Below, one piece after another: positions 49,276 through 63,000 of a DNA stretch of 64,000 nt. This DNA comes from Anolis carolinensis. Taxonomy: Eukaryota. Position numbers and translations under genes: made by a program. Position 1 is the stretch's first letter; every line of letters begins with the position of its first letter. The stretch is taken from positions 11,023,190 to 11,087,189 of the forward strand of contig NC_085846.1 in NCBI RefSeq assembly GCF_035594765.1, in the 5' to 3' direction. The notes beneath the pieces were generated by a model. That model worked only from the letters and a program-made list of their open reading frames with translations, had not been told where the DNA came from and did not search any database.

Positions 49276-52200
49276 TATTTTTGTACCCCGCCTCCATCTC
49301 CCCAAAGGGGACTCAGGGCGGCTTACATGGGGCCAAGCCCGAATAAAAACAATAGCAATATAAAACACAGCAATAGACAAAAACATGCACAATTAAAAAA
49401 AAATTAAACATTAGCCAATAAAAACAAGAACTAATAAAAACATGGATTTATGTCAACCAGGTCTAAACAAGACAAGATTTGTAAACAAGGAAGAAATTCT
49501 GGCTTACTATTTGGGTGTCAGAACCAGGATAAGCCAGGATTCCCTGACGTCCTGGTTTGTTCATTTTGTGAAAACAGGCCCTCCTCTCATTGCTCTCTCC
49601 CTTGTTTTCCAATACGCAGACTTTGTCTGGCAATGGCAAGGAGACCCAGAAGGCACCTGGTTTGCGTACCCTGCGGACACTTGCCTGGCTTTGGAGGCTG
49701 CCAGGAAGAGTCATGGGGAGCCCACTGTCAAGGTGACAGTCGGCAGGACACACTACAAGCTTGACACGACTCGCATGGTACAGATCAACACCCGGACTGC
49801 GTTTGAGCGCCAGATGGAACGTAGAGAGTCAGGTAGGAGAGGAGAGCATTTATGTGTAGTAGTAGTAGTATAGGTATATTTTCTCATTTAGTCTTTTAAG
49901 GTTCCACACCACCAATTTATGTGCTGATATTCAATAATAACCTGGCTATGTTTTTGAACAAATATTAGTGGTGATGGAAGGGGATCGGGATTTCGAGCAT
50001 TTATTACATTATTATTACATTCACAGTCCTTATTCCCTGGTTGTTGTTTGTCCACTTTGTCGTCAGATGTCACCGAGGTTCAGGATGAAGGGTCCCAGCT
50101 GAGCAACAGTGCTGTGAATACTACTACCACCCCCGTTCCTGCCAAGAAGGCTCGGAATAGAGGAGGCGCTTCAGCATCTCAGGGGGAGGGGGATAGCACA
50201 GGTAAGACCCAAGGAAATGCATCCTGGTGCATTGTTCCATACATGTAGTCCCGTACAAGTATGAGCACAGCAGCCTGGATCTTGGGATATATGCAGATCA
50301 TTGATGGTGGTTTATGCCAGTGCTACTCAAAGTTGTGGTCCATGGTCTGATGCTGGTCCATCAGCCATTGGCTGAGCATTTGCAGCAAATTTCCAACATG
50401 GAAGGTTCAAATATGGTACTGGATGAAGATTTTTAAGTATGGTTATTGGAGCCAGTGTTGCGTAGTGGTTTGACCTCTGGAAAACAGGGCTCAAACTCCC
50501 ACTTGCCCATGAAAACCCACTGTGTAACCTTGGGCAAGTCACACACACACTTAGCCTCAGAAAACCCCATTGTAGGTTTGCTTTAGGACCGTCGTAAGTC
50601 AGAAACCACTTGAAGGCAATAACAAAACAGGATGAAGGGAGGTGTTTGGTTCTGCTCTTAAAGTCACCTCTTTATTTTTCTCTAGAAGCTGTAAAGACGC
50701 TGATAGTGAAGGGAAAAGCCCCTGTGGATCCAGAATGCACTGCTAAGCTGGGGAAGGTAAAGCACTTGATAACATAAGGTTTGGGAAAATGTGGGTTGTA
50801 GCCCTTATGCTTTTTTATGGGACCTAGTGCCCTCCAGAAGTAAAAGAAATCCTTCCCAATCTCTTCTAGAACACACCAAGAACATAAGTTTGGGATAAGA
50901 CTCATCAGTCTAAGCCAGTATTTGGTCTAGCATCATTCTGTAGCCAGACACAACAAGAAACACTGAAGCATTTTATGAAAGGGGTCAGCAGGTGGTCTCT
51001 TTGGGGAAAAACTTTAGCCCTCTGCTGCCAACCCAAGGACCAAAGAAGGCAGTGAATGAAGAAGTGGTTAATAGTCATGGGATTTCTATGGAGTTGATGT
51101 GGCTTTGGCTCTTCGCCAAGTCCCACTTTCTGAAAACTTTTGACTGAATAAGAATGGCATTTTCGCCTTGCATTATGGCAGCTGTTGTTGTGGGATGAGC
51201 AACCCTGTACTGTAGTCTCCCCATATGGATCAGACAGTTTTGACCACCTTGGAGCTGACTTGAGGACACGTATAATCTTGCTTTTGCGGTAACACATTCT
51301 ACACAAATGGCTTGCCTTATCATGTCAGGCTTAGAGCTGCTTCAGTGTGAAAATGTTGCCATACAAACTGTCCTTCCATTAGTGGTATATGTAGTTATTG
51401 CCTAAGGTAATCCCTTTACAGGTGAACCCAGCTTGTGTTAGTTCAGTTTTTCCATATCTGGCTCAGGAAATAACCTTTTGCTCTTTGTTTTTCTCTCTTT
51501 TTCTTTCTTTGTTTTCATCTACACTTCCAATCCACAAAAGGCTCACGTTTATTGTGAAGGAGATGATGTTTATGATGTGATGTTAAATCAGGTGAGCAGA
51601 CTGCAGTATTTTTCCCAGCTCTGAGGATTCTAGGAATTGGCTGCTCTCCTGTATAGAATACCATAACATAGAAGGGCACTATATGAGCCATGTGCCACCA
51701 GCCATGTGCCACCTTAACAGGGTGCCAAATCCTATGTTATAGCAGATGAGGCTTTAACTGGCAATGGAGCTGGCCCTGTTATTGGGCACAGTAAGCAACA
51801 CTTCCATGCTAACCATTCTTGCCAAGTCCCCTATCTATTGTCTATTGCTGGAGGACGAAACCTAGTCTTTCATATAGCTCATAATGTCCATTCAGTTAGG
51901 GATGGTGTCCTACAGTGTCCTGTTTTCTGTTCTAAAGTGACATCCCAAACTCTTTCACACTACACTTATAACATTATGATACCACATAATATCTTATTGG
52001 GGTTTGTACTGTGGCAAGGCATTACAGCTGAGAATACTAAGTCCCTCTCCCTAAACTGATGATTACAGGATTCCATAGGATGAAATTACAGTAATAAAAA
52101 TGGAATCATGGTGCTGCAATTATATAGTGTAAAAGGGCCTTGGCTTCCAATCCAGTTGGCTTCTATACATGGGATGGGGTGCTATGTTGTCCTGACCTAC

Positions 52201-55200
52201 CATAGAGATTGTTCTGAGAGGGGAAAAGGGTGAGGAAACTCATGCATGTTCCCCTTGGAGGGAGAGCACCATTCATGATCAAAATCAGGAGTGAAGGTAT
52301 CCATTTGATAGGATATGGACGGACATAATAACCGACCAATTGTCTTCTCAACCTCTGCTTTCATAGTGCTTGGCTTTGTCTCATTAACTCTTCTGAAGGC
52401 ATTCTACCAAGGGAGCAGAGATTATTCCTTCAGAACCTTTGTTAGCTTCTTGAAAGGGAGGTACAAAAGTCCATTGACTTTGAAATAAGAGGGATGAAGG
52501 AATTTCAAGACTCCTGCTTCTTATCTCCGATTTCTCCTAGACGAATGTCCAGTTCAACAATAACAAGTACTACCTCATCCAGCTGTTGGAAGATGATGCC
52601 TCAAGGAACTACAGTGTTTGGATGCGCTGGGGACGAGGTAGGCCAGGGCCGAGAACTTGGAATTGCATTGGCAATTTTGTAGGTTGAATTTGCAGGATAG
52701 GAATGGAAGCAAATTATGAAAACAAGTAACGGCATCAGTTCTTGCCTGATCTTGGAAACTCAGCAGGGTTAGCCCTGGTTAATAGTTGGAAGCCACCAAT
52801 AAATACCATTGTCAGAGAATATTGGGCTGGCCCAGTAACATAGAGCAGATCTTACATTCTTGTGACCCAATTGGCTAGTAAAGCCTCTTCCCTTCAAACA
52901 GAGTACCAGGGTCCTTTGGTAGGGAACATGGGTCCTCCTTTCCCGTATCATCTCATTGTTCTGAACCTTCCTCCATTTACTTGTTCATTTTGTCAATTAA
53001 TTCTCTGCCTCTTTCTCTTTTTCCTAGTGGGTAAACCGGGTCAGCATTCACTTGTGAGCTTTGCTGGAGCCTTAGCTAAAGCTAAAGACCTCTTCACCAA
53101 AAAGTGAGTCAAGTTGAAACTCTTGGGACAGTTCCTGAACCCATCCAGTGTGTCCACTTCCTAATTTCTCCCATCTTTTTCTTTTAGATTCCTGGACAAA
53201 ACCAAGAACGAGTGGACCAAGCGGCAGAACTTCACAAAGGTTCCTGGAAAATATGATCTCCTCCACTTGGACTACGAAGCCAATGACACAGTGAGGCATC
53301 ATGGTGGGAATGAATAGGGAGAAGGTTTAGTGGCCCAAAGTATGCTGTGCCCCATAATTGCTCATTTTACGTGTTTTCTAGAGTGAGGAAGAAGCTGCCT
53401 CTGAGAAAACCAATTCGTGTCCGACACCAGTGTCACGACTGGAGCCACGAGTTCAGGCCTTGGTGCAGCTGATCTGTAATATCCGCACCATGGAGGAGAT
53501 GGTGATGGAGATGAAATACGATACTAAGAAGGCCCCTTTAGGTAAGAAGGGCCCCGGCTTGTTGTTACAGGCTGCCAAGTTAGTTCCAACCTATGGCATC
53601 CTCACCCCTTGGTTGTATTTATTGTTGTTGCTTCTGCTGTTATCATCATAATCATCATCATCATCTATATATCTTGCCTTTCTCTAAAGGTAGTTTGCAA
53701 CATCCTCTATATACTCAACATCCTCTATATACTCATGTGTCAATATAGACATTTTAGTAAGAAAAAAACCCCAACTTATCATTGGGTCAGTGTAAATATT
53801 GTAGCTTAATTCTTACCAAAAATGTTGAGTGGTGAAAGGCAAGAGCTTGATCCATCCCAGAACTAAATGAAGCACTGGCTCTCTCTACTCTCTGCAGTGG
53901 TGCAATTTCTGGCCTTTTTAAATGTCTGGGAAAACAGTGATATTGGAAGTTCTTTGTCATTTTTCCTCAAAAAGGATTGCAAAAAGAGTAGAGGCACATT
54001 CCCATTTCTGAAATAGAGAATTGATATCATTGTGGCTACTGTATTGGAGGTACTGGGATTCTCAAAAACAGCTAGCTCTATAAAATATTTATTGGAGGTG
54101 AAGCCAAAGGCTTCTTTTCAGGAGGATTTGGAGGATCACTGCTCCTCCTCATCTGAACAACATGTAAACACACAGTTCAAGAGAAGGTCAAAGTACAAAT
54201 CACAAAAATGTGCCCTGGCTCCAACCTAGTGCTTCTTTCCCATCTTTACTCAAGGAAAGCTGACAGCTGAGCAGATCCGGGCAGGATACCAGTCCCTGCA
54301 GAAAGTGGAGGCGTGCCTTAAACGGAAGCAAACCGGTCGGACTTTGCTGGAGGCTTGCAATGAATTCTACACAAGGATTCCCCACGATTTTGGGTCAGTA
54401 CAACCAGGCTAGGGGCATCCTTACCCCCTCGGTCTCCAAGTGAGATTGTGCCAACTTGATCTTTACAGCAGTTTGGGATTTGTATCCTACTCAAATACTG
54501 GCTAAAATGCAGATTGGGACTTAACATGTGGCAAATAGAATTGCTTATAATGGGCCCTCCAAGTCCACAGGATCTCGACCCGTGATTTCAGTGATTGCAG
54601 ATCATCCTTCCCCATTACCTCTTACTACCATGCAGCCTGAGCCCTGCCACATGCACAATGGAGGACCTTCTCACAGCGACACCAGAAGCACTCCAAGTGG
54701 CCAGCTTCTTGTCAAAGGAAAACTAGTATAATGCCAAGTTTTTAACTTTGTGTTTTTAAATACATAATTGTATTTATAACTATTTCCTCAATTCGCTTCT
54801 GACACGATAAATAAATAGATATTCTGCCCCATGCTATTTGCTAATACGGGGCATGATTGTCTACGCTTGTTTGTATCCATAGAAGATCCAAGAACCAAAA
54901 TCAATAGATGTAGCACCGTAGTTTTACAACTTCCATATGACCTTGGAGCTGCTGTGGTGTTGCAACATATGGGTGACTGTCACACAATGGTGTGTAATAG
55001 GCACTGATACACATTTATACACTTCTGATGAGTGGACTCCAAAAATGTATAAATATGCTCCACATCTCTGAGAGGACGTTTTGTCTGGGCACATGTTCAT
55101 TCAATTTTGTGGTCTTTCCTAAGCTCATTTTTTTCTCTTCTTTTAAGGTTGAAAACTCCTCCATTGATTCACACAGAAAAGGAACTGAAAGAGAAGGTGC

Positions 55201-58200
55201 AGCTGCTGGAGGTAAGGACACTTATTATTAATAGTAGTAGTATTAGCATTATTATTGTTACTTAGGTGCAATGGCACAGCTAAAACCAGAAAATTTGACC
55301 TCCTGAATATTTGGATGAAAGGGCCCCCATAATCAAAGGTAGCAAATGGTTTCATCATGAAAGACATAATAGATCAATCTGAGACAAAAATCTGTTTTAG
55401 TCTCATTTGTGTACTGCTGGTCTCCTTTTGCTTCTCAAGGCCCTTAGTGAGATTCGGATCGGTATCAAAGCGGTGCGGTCAGAGCAGCTGGACCAGGAGC
55501 ACCCGCTTGACCGCAGTTATCGTGGACTAAATTGTGACCTCCAGCCCTTGGAGAAGGAGAGTCCTGACTTCCAGGTGTGTGTTGCAGATACGACATCGGG
55601 TAAAGACTTCTGCCAGGGCTGAGGAAAATAATTGATCTCTCACCATTGACCATTTCGAGTAGGGAATTCTGAAGCCAAAGGCTCCCCAGTTGACCTAAGC
55701 CACTCCTTAAGTAACTTGTGAGAGCCTTCTGTCTCTTCCTAACATTCCTCCCTCTGTTCTCCTTCACAGGTCCTTGAGCGCTACCTGTCCTCCACGCATG
55801 CCCCGACCCACCAGGACTACACCATGACCCTACTGGAGGTCTTTGTCCTGAAGAAGGAGAATGCTGATTCCGACTCAGTCTTCTGTTCTGACCTTCCCAA
55901 CCGGTGAGTGGAACAAGTGGACCAGAGCAGAGCAGATAAGAGAAACCAAACCCACAGAAGTACTCTTTGAACAAATGCTTTTTCCTATGTTTCCCTTCAT
56001 TTCCAGGATGCTACTTTGGCACGGATCCCGTTTGGGCAACTGGGCAGGGATCCTGAGCCAGGGGTTGCGGGTGGCACCCCCAGAGGCGCCTGTCACTGGC
56101 TACATGGTGAGTCAGATTCAGAATTTTGAAAGAGACCCCCTTTTGCTTCCAACAAGTGTGGGGGTTTTGCTGATGGAGGAGATGGGAGAAGGCCAGTTGT
56201 GGAAGTCCTTCCTTTTTTGGGCCTGAGTGGTATGCTGGTGTCATTTTAGTACCAAGTAAAAGCATGTCATTGTAGTTTTGGGGAAAAGCATTCATAACCT
56301 TTTGGACACATAACCTTTTGGAAAGGCATGACTTCCAGAGAAGAGTGAAAAACTCTTTTAGTGGTAAATATCCACTAGTATTCATGCAAGGCAAATTCTT
56401 CAGTTATTAGACTGAACCTATTGTCTCTGATCTGTTAGGAACAGAGATATGCCAATGCATAAATATATAGCAGAGTTTCAAAAGTGCTATTTCAGTTACC
56501 CAAAAAAACCCTACCCTACCCTAAAACATCTTGGTTTAAATCATGCTCTCAAGAGACAAAAATAAAGTAGTCTTCATTAAAATAACATAGTTGATTTACT
56601 TACAAACTTCATGTATTCAGCATGCAGGTACATTGCTTATCAATCCAGTTAGATAGTTTTAAAGTAGTTTCTCTGAGCAGATAACACAGGGCATCTTTCT
56701 TGGGATCAACAGTCCAAAGTCTAAAGCATTTCTTAGAATCTAATGAAGTTTGCACAGTCTGAGAATCTAATGCCGTCTCATGGCATCTGTCCTCTAACAA
56801 ATGGAGTCTCAGGTCTAAATAAACCCAGATCTGGATCACATGGTCTGCAGTCCCTCCCACAACATAGAGTTAAGGTAAACTGCATACCAATACACACATA
56901 TACAATATAATAAGCAATCTGAATTATATACAAATAACTAGTAAAGACTTGTAGAAGGTTACTGTTTCCTTTGGAGCTTGATTTCATCCAAGTCTCCTTA
57001 CGTACATGATTTTAAATTGTGTTGCTTTGACTTATTGCTTGATATATCTCCAGTGTTTTGTTCAATATATTCTTACTATTTTGCCAAATTGTTTAAACTT
57101 TGTTTTATTGCATCCATGCCTGAGGCCCCATTTACACTGCCAAATGAATCAATGTGTACCTGCATTACAGTTACACATATAATGCAGTTCAATGCAGTTA
57201 ACTGCATTTTATGAGTCTACACTGATCATATAATGCAGCTCTAAACTTCACTATACGGCAGCGTAGATCCAACCAGTGATCCTGTAATGTGAGGTGCTAT
57301 ATAAGAATTTTAATAATATTTTTGTCTTTGATTTAGGTCCCATCTTCTTTGTGCCAAGTTGCATTGTTCTCCAATATATTTCTTTTTTTCCCCCTTCTTC
57401 CTCTCTATCTCCAGTTTGGAAAAGGGATCTATTTTGCAGACATGTCTTCTAAGAGTGCCAATTACTGCTTTGCAACCCGGGAAAAAGACATTGGCCTGCT
57501 GCTGCTTTCAGAGGTGAGATTTTGGGGGAATGAATCGACAGAATCCTGTGACCTTTTAATAGATTTAACAGATTTACTGTGGCACATGCCAATAGGGACC
57601 AAGCAGACACTGTATGTGAACACATGCTATAAATCGCGTGGAATCTTGCAACCTGATGCTGCTAGATTCAAGTCTTAGCAACAGGAAGGGGTGTTGAGAA
57701 ATGCTACCCACAAGCATTGGAGGACTATGTGATTCCCAACCCAGATCAAATCAAGTTATGGTCTCCCAGCCTCCAAAACCATGCTCATCACCTTTCTTCC
57801 TCTCTTGCATTTTATATTAGATGACATTTCAGGGGAGCTATTAATACGTAGATACTTAAGAGTTGGAAGGGGACAAAAAGGCCTGGAAGGGGACACAAAG
57901 GACATCTAGTCCAACCCTGACATACAGGAACAGTTACAGCACTCATGAAATGTGTCCTTCATATGTTCAACTTGCACTGTTTTGGAACACTGAATGCTAT
58001 ATGTAACACATGAATACGTACTGAAGTTCTCACTGTTTTGCAGGTGGCTCTGGGCGAATGCAATGAATTGCTAGAAGCAAATCACGAAGCAGAGAAATTG
58101 CTGGCTGGCAAACATAGTACTAAAGGCCTCGGAAAGTTAGCTCCATCCCCAGCCAACAGTGTCACACTGTGAGTTTGTTTTGGAGAGTTGATCTGTATCA

Positions 58201-58488
58201 AAATAATGCAAAGTTTCTTGGGCTTAAGGTATTATAGATTGGGAGAGGACTTTTCAGAACAGGTAGACCATGGCTGTACATGCCTGATCTTGTGCATTTT
58301 GGGTGATGGTGTCTATCTTTCCTGCCAGGCATGGAGCTGTGGTTCCCTTGGGGCCTGCGATAGACACTGGAGTAACGAACCCTCACGGCTATACCCTGAA
58401 CTACAATGAGTTCATTGTCTATGATCCGCGACAGGTGCGCATGAAGTACCTCCTCAAGGTGCGCTTCAATTTTACCCAGCTCTGGTAA
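48194..58488 (+). CDS. PARP2: Poly(ADP-ribose) polymerase 2, 18 coding exons, 711 aa, with N-terminal tandem WWE-like domains
   Basis: Exons: 48194-48345, 48433-48554, 49620-49832, 50067-50201, 50686-50756, 51541-51591, 52541-52637, 53028-53103, 53188-53290, 53382-53541, 54255-54393, 55148-55211, 55440-55574, 55770-55903, 56007-56106, 57415-57513, 58044-58168, 58329-58488. All GT-AG, summing to 2136 nt in frame. WGR domain (WMRWGRVG), helical domain and H-Y-E triad (WHGS, GIYFA, YNEFIVY); ends FTQLW. Probable non-coding exon 1 at ~45360-45420. Confidence 0.95.
48718..48922 (+). mobile_element. Sauria SINE 5' portion
   Basis: tRNA-like head 'ggtggcgcagcgggtta...' and body 'gccaacctagcagtttgaaaa...gtagatcgataggtac'. 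Confidence 0.7.
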
Positions 58489-58759
58489 AACTCCAAATGG
58501 ACAACTACAACAAGTGACCACTGGCATCTGTTTTAAAAAGAAACATTTCAAGTGCCTTCCAGTTAAAGAGAGATTTACCCCTTCAACAGACTTTCATGAA
58601 AAGATTACCATTGAGAAAAAAATAGTGATAATTAATTCAAACCACCAGGCTGCAATTAAATACTCATTGACAAAAAAGGGGCACAGTGATTAAACAGTAA
58701 AGCTGCCCAGTTTCTTTGTTTTTCTTGCTTCAGTTGGTTATTTTGTAGCAATTTTTTAA

Positions 58760-59007
58760 AATCGTGTCAAAAAGGACTTGAGAACATACTGCAAGTCGCT
58801 TCTGGTGTGAGAGACTTGGCCATCTTCAGAGACGTTGCTCAAGGGACGCCCAGATGTGTTACTATCCTACTGGGAGGCTTCTTTCATGTCCCTGCAAGCT
58901 AAAGCTGACAGACAGGAGTTCACACTGTCTCACGGATTCGAACCGGCAACCTTCAGGTCAGCAGTTCAGCTGGCACAAGGGTTTCACCCATTGTGCCACC
59001 ACAGCTC
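58760..59007 (-). mobile_element. Sauria SINE in the PARP2 3' region
   Basis: Reverse orientation with a B-box-like ggttcgaatcc; similar to 37034-37256. Confidence 0.7.
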
Positions 59008-59344
59008 CTTGTGGAGAAATGCAACATGGCTTACATCCTTACTTTCCAATAAATATGAAGGAAATGCCTTTGTCTTGAGTCCACTGAGTCAATGGATGTG
59101 CATTTTGTTATGCTAAGTTTGGCATATTAGTAGAGGGGGAAAAGTCCATATCAGGTCTACCCTTTTGACTGAATTTTAACTGTGATGCGTACTTCATAAG
59201 TCTTGAGTAGTAGGTTGGGTCTGGAAAAAAGTCAAGATTAATATTTGCAAAAAGTTTATTGGGAGATTTTTGAGAAATCTCAAATCTCCTTTGAGTTAAG
59301 TCCCAATACTCTCGCTTCTGTACCACAATGTCTCTTTTCATAAA

Positions 59345-59677
59345 TCTGTAAGTCTATATAAGTCAAACTATATGTATGTTTATATCTATGTATGTATATA
59401 TTTTTCCAAAAGGCTAACACATCCAGAGACCACTGAATTCATCATACATGAATCGGGACCAAACTTGGCACATACCTGTCATGACTACCTTTAAATATTG
59501 GTGGGGTTTGGGCAGAATTGACCCAGAATGATGGGGGTTGTAGTCCACATCCAAAGACCTATGTGTATTTCTAATGGGACAATTCATAATCATAACATCC
59601 AAAACCAAACAATGACTATTTCTAATATTTATCGTTACAAAAAAGTTAACCCAAGCATCACTGGGTACCTAAGCTAG
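59345..59677 (+). mobile_element. Possible short non-autonomous Helitron
   Basis: 3' hairpin acccaagcatcactgggt followed by CTAG|T at 59674-59678. The TC-start 5' end is uncertain. Confidence 0.45.
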
Positions 59678-60066
59678 TATTACTGTATATAGAAGCAAAT
59701 GTTTGAGATGCTTGTTAAAGCTTACAGGAAGGCTTAAAATTATGTTCAGAGCTCAAATAAGTAAGCCAACAACTAGCTTGAAACCCAATGGAAAATTGCC
59801 TTATATTGAGGAAAGGAATGTATTCGGAGTTTTATTGTCTGCTCCCTCGGCAGTCAAAAAGTGAGTTGATACAATTTAGAAAATAAAGATCAGCTTTGTT
59901 TTCAAGCAAGTGTTTATTTTTCATCCATACCAGTTTGACTCAACCAAGGCTGCCAAGATAACCTCTGCCAGGCATCCCTTGCCTCCAGTGAAATTCCCAT
60001 TTCCCAAGAAGCCATAAAAGAGGCATTGGCGGCCTTGTGTGCAATGGAAAGGGACAAGATGGTGCC

Positions 60067-63000
60067 TCAACCACGGAGACAGCTCCACTCCAGAAAGTAC
60101 ACGTTGCCCAATGTGTCCCCAGCCAAGAGGAGGAATGGCGAGTCTGGACAAGGCTGGAGATGTGAAACGGGGGCATTGCAGCGAAACTGGCCCAGCTGTA
60201 GAAAAAACAAGGGGGAATCAGAACAGAGAACATAAAGGACAAGATCTGGTTAAAGCATGCGTGAGGCTCTAGACCTCTCTTCCGATTAGCCTTACCCAGC
60301 CTGAGCAAGGGAGTTTGGGGGTTGCACTCCAAAATGGCTAAAAGATCCCCTGCCCCAAGGGAAAAACAGTAAGCCAGTGTAGTCAAGCAGGCATTTAGAG
60401 ATAAAAGGTTCAATACTTGTCTCCATACAATTCCCTTAACACAGCAGGCCATTTTCTTTTAATCAGAGGCTGAATGGCCATCTGTCAGGGGTGCTTTGAT
60501 TGTGCTTTTCCTACATGGTAGGGGGTTGGACTAGATGGCCCTTGGGGTCTTCCAGTTCTAGGATTCTATGCATTGTGCCAATTCAACACACATGGTTGGG
60601 AATCCAAGTGTTAACTTCTGAAGTGCCTTCCAGATGTGTAGGACTATAACTTCCAAAAGCTCTAGCCAACACAAACAAAACAGCTGGAGAGAATCAGATT
60701 ACATTTCCTGCTCTGCAGAGTAGGCACAATGTAAATTGGGGTAAGGGTAAGGCACTACACCGCTCTACAAAGCTACTTACCAGCTTCATTGTATTGTTTT
60801 CCCAAATCTTCACATCCCGATCATGAGATGCTGTTACAATCCTGTCTCCAAGAATATTCAGAGCTGTGATTTTATCACTGTGGATCTGAAATAAATAACA
60901 CAACCAACAGAAGTAAGAAAAGCTGGGTTTCTTTTGTGGCTGAAGGAGAATATCTTGCCTTTATTTTTCTGGCTCCATCACCATGAAGTCTCTTCCTGCT
61001 AAAAGAAATCCCAGCTCTCAAGCCATAAGGCTCACCTTTCTCCTCAACCAGCCATCAATCCCCCATCTAGGGACCCCTTCTTCATCCCGCCTGGTCTGAG
61101 TCCAGAGAGATCCTTCCGAATCTGCATAGATCAGGAATTTATCTGCCAGAAAGTAAAGAGTCAATGTGTCATAAAAGCATCTATACCACCGAAGTATTTA
61201 GTCTTCTCCCACCTGCTCTTTCAAGATTTGTCGGTTCTGCTCTGGACAAATCCATCATCTGAACTTGGCTAAACTCAATAATTAACTTCTGTGCCAACTC
61301 AAAACTTTTTATACAGGCATCATGTAAACTTTCCAACCCACTTGATTATGCGCCCTGCAACACCAAGTCATTAACATGTCTGGCAAATTATGCTATTCCA
61401 TGTTGGGCTGATGCATTTGGATATTCACACAGCATTCAAGAGATGTCAAGACTACAGCCTTTGAATGTATGGTGTGTCAGCGTTTAGTTTTGACAACGTA
61501 AAAACATCTCTACCTCACTCTTACCTTTAACTAGATGAGCAACAGTGACCCAGCCTGAGTTTTGGTAGGGTTTCCAAGGTATGAGTTCTGACTCCTGGAC
61601 TTTCTTCAGCTCTCCAGACTCGGTCACTTTCTAAGGAAATCAAAACCAAACAAGACACGGTTTTAATGTGGAAAGAGATACAGAAAGCCACCAACAGCTG
61701 CAAGGCATTCAGGTCAAGATTATAGCTTTAGAACAGAAGCATACAGTACAATAGCTGACCCTTGGTTATGCCAGTTGCGGTGGATAGTTGAAAAGGGTTG
61801 TGTGTTTTCCGGGCTGTATGGCCATGTTCCAGAAATATTCTCTCCTGATGTTTTGCCCACATCTATGGCAGGCATCCTCAGAGGTTGTGAGATATATGGG
61901 AAAACTAAGAAAGGAAGGTTTATATATTTGTGGAAGGTCCAGGGTGGGAGAAGGAACTCTTGTCAGTTGGAGGCCAGTGTGAATGTTGTAATTAATCACC
62001 TTGATTAGCATTGAATAGCCTAATAATCTTCATCTCCTGGCTTCATTTCTGCCTAGGGGAATTCTTTGTTCAGTTAGCTGCCCCTGATTGATTCATGTCT
62101 GCAGTTCCTCTGCTTTTAGAGTTTTGTTCTTTATTTACTGTTCTAATTTTAGAGTTTTTTTAATACTGGTAGCCAAATTGTGTTCATTTTCATGATTTCC
62201 TCCTTTCTGTTGAAGTTGTCCACATGCTTGTGGATTTCAATGGCTTCTCTGTGTAGTCTGACATGGTGGTTGTTAGACTGGTCCAGCATTTCTGTGTTCT
62301 CAAATAATATACTGTGTAAAACTAAGAAAGGAAGGTTTATATATTTGTAACATCTCTACAGGGAGAAATTGTTCCAAGACACACAGAGACTGGAAAAACT
62401 AAGGACCAGGAAAGCACATCTACTGTGCTCCCTGACCTTCCTTCTACGCTGCAGAGAAACAGATACTATCCCACAATTTCTCCCAGCCAAAAGGACTTTC
62501 AAAACACCACAGGCTCACCGTCCCATATACCTCACAACCTCTGAGGATGCCTGCCACAAATGTGGGCGAAACGTCAGGAGATAATACTTCTGGAACATGG
62601 CCATACAGACAGGAAAACATACAACAATCCTGTGATTCCGGCCATGAAAGCCTTCGACAACACACTGATAGCTGAAAACATCTGCAGATACAACTCCATT
62701 CCATAATAGTTTAACTGCAAGATCTAGTAACATTGCACATTTGATTCCATTTTTAAATACCATATGGTTGAGAGGCTTAAAATTTTCCACTGGAGAGCCA
62801 TCATGGCTTCCCAAGGATTTCTACCCCAGACTACAAATCCCAAGATTTCTTAATAGGCAGCCAAGGCAGTTAAAGGGGTATCAAAGTGTGATAATAGTAC
62901 AGTGAGTATATTCCCATCTCTGCTGTGACTGTGCTGCAGTGTGGCAAGTTGAAGGTTGCATGTGGGCTGAGTAAACAGCTCAGAATTTGGAAGTGGAAGG

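Noticed and set aside
59940-60452. 170-aa minus-strand ORF
   Set aside because: It overlaps the TEP1 last exon in a different frame plus intron sequence, with no recognisable domain.
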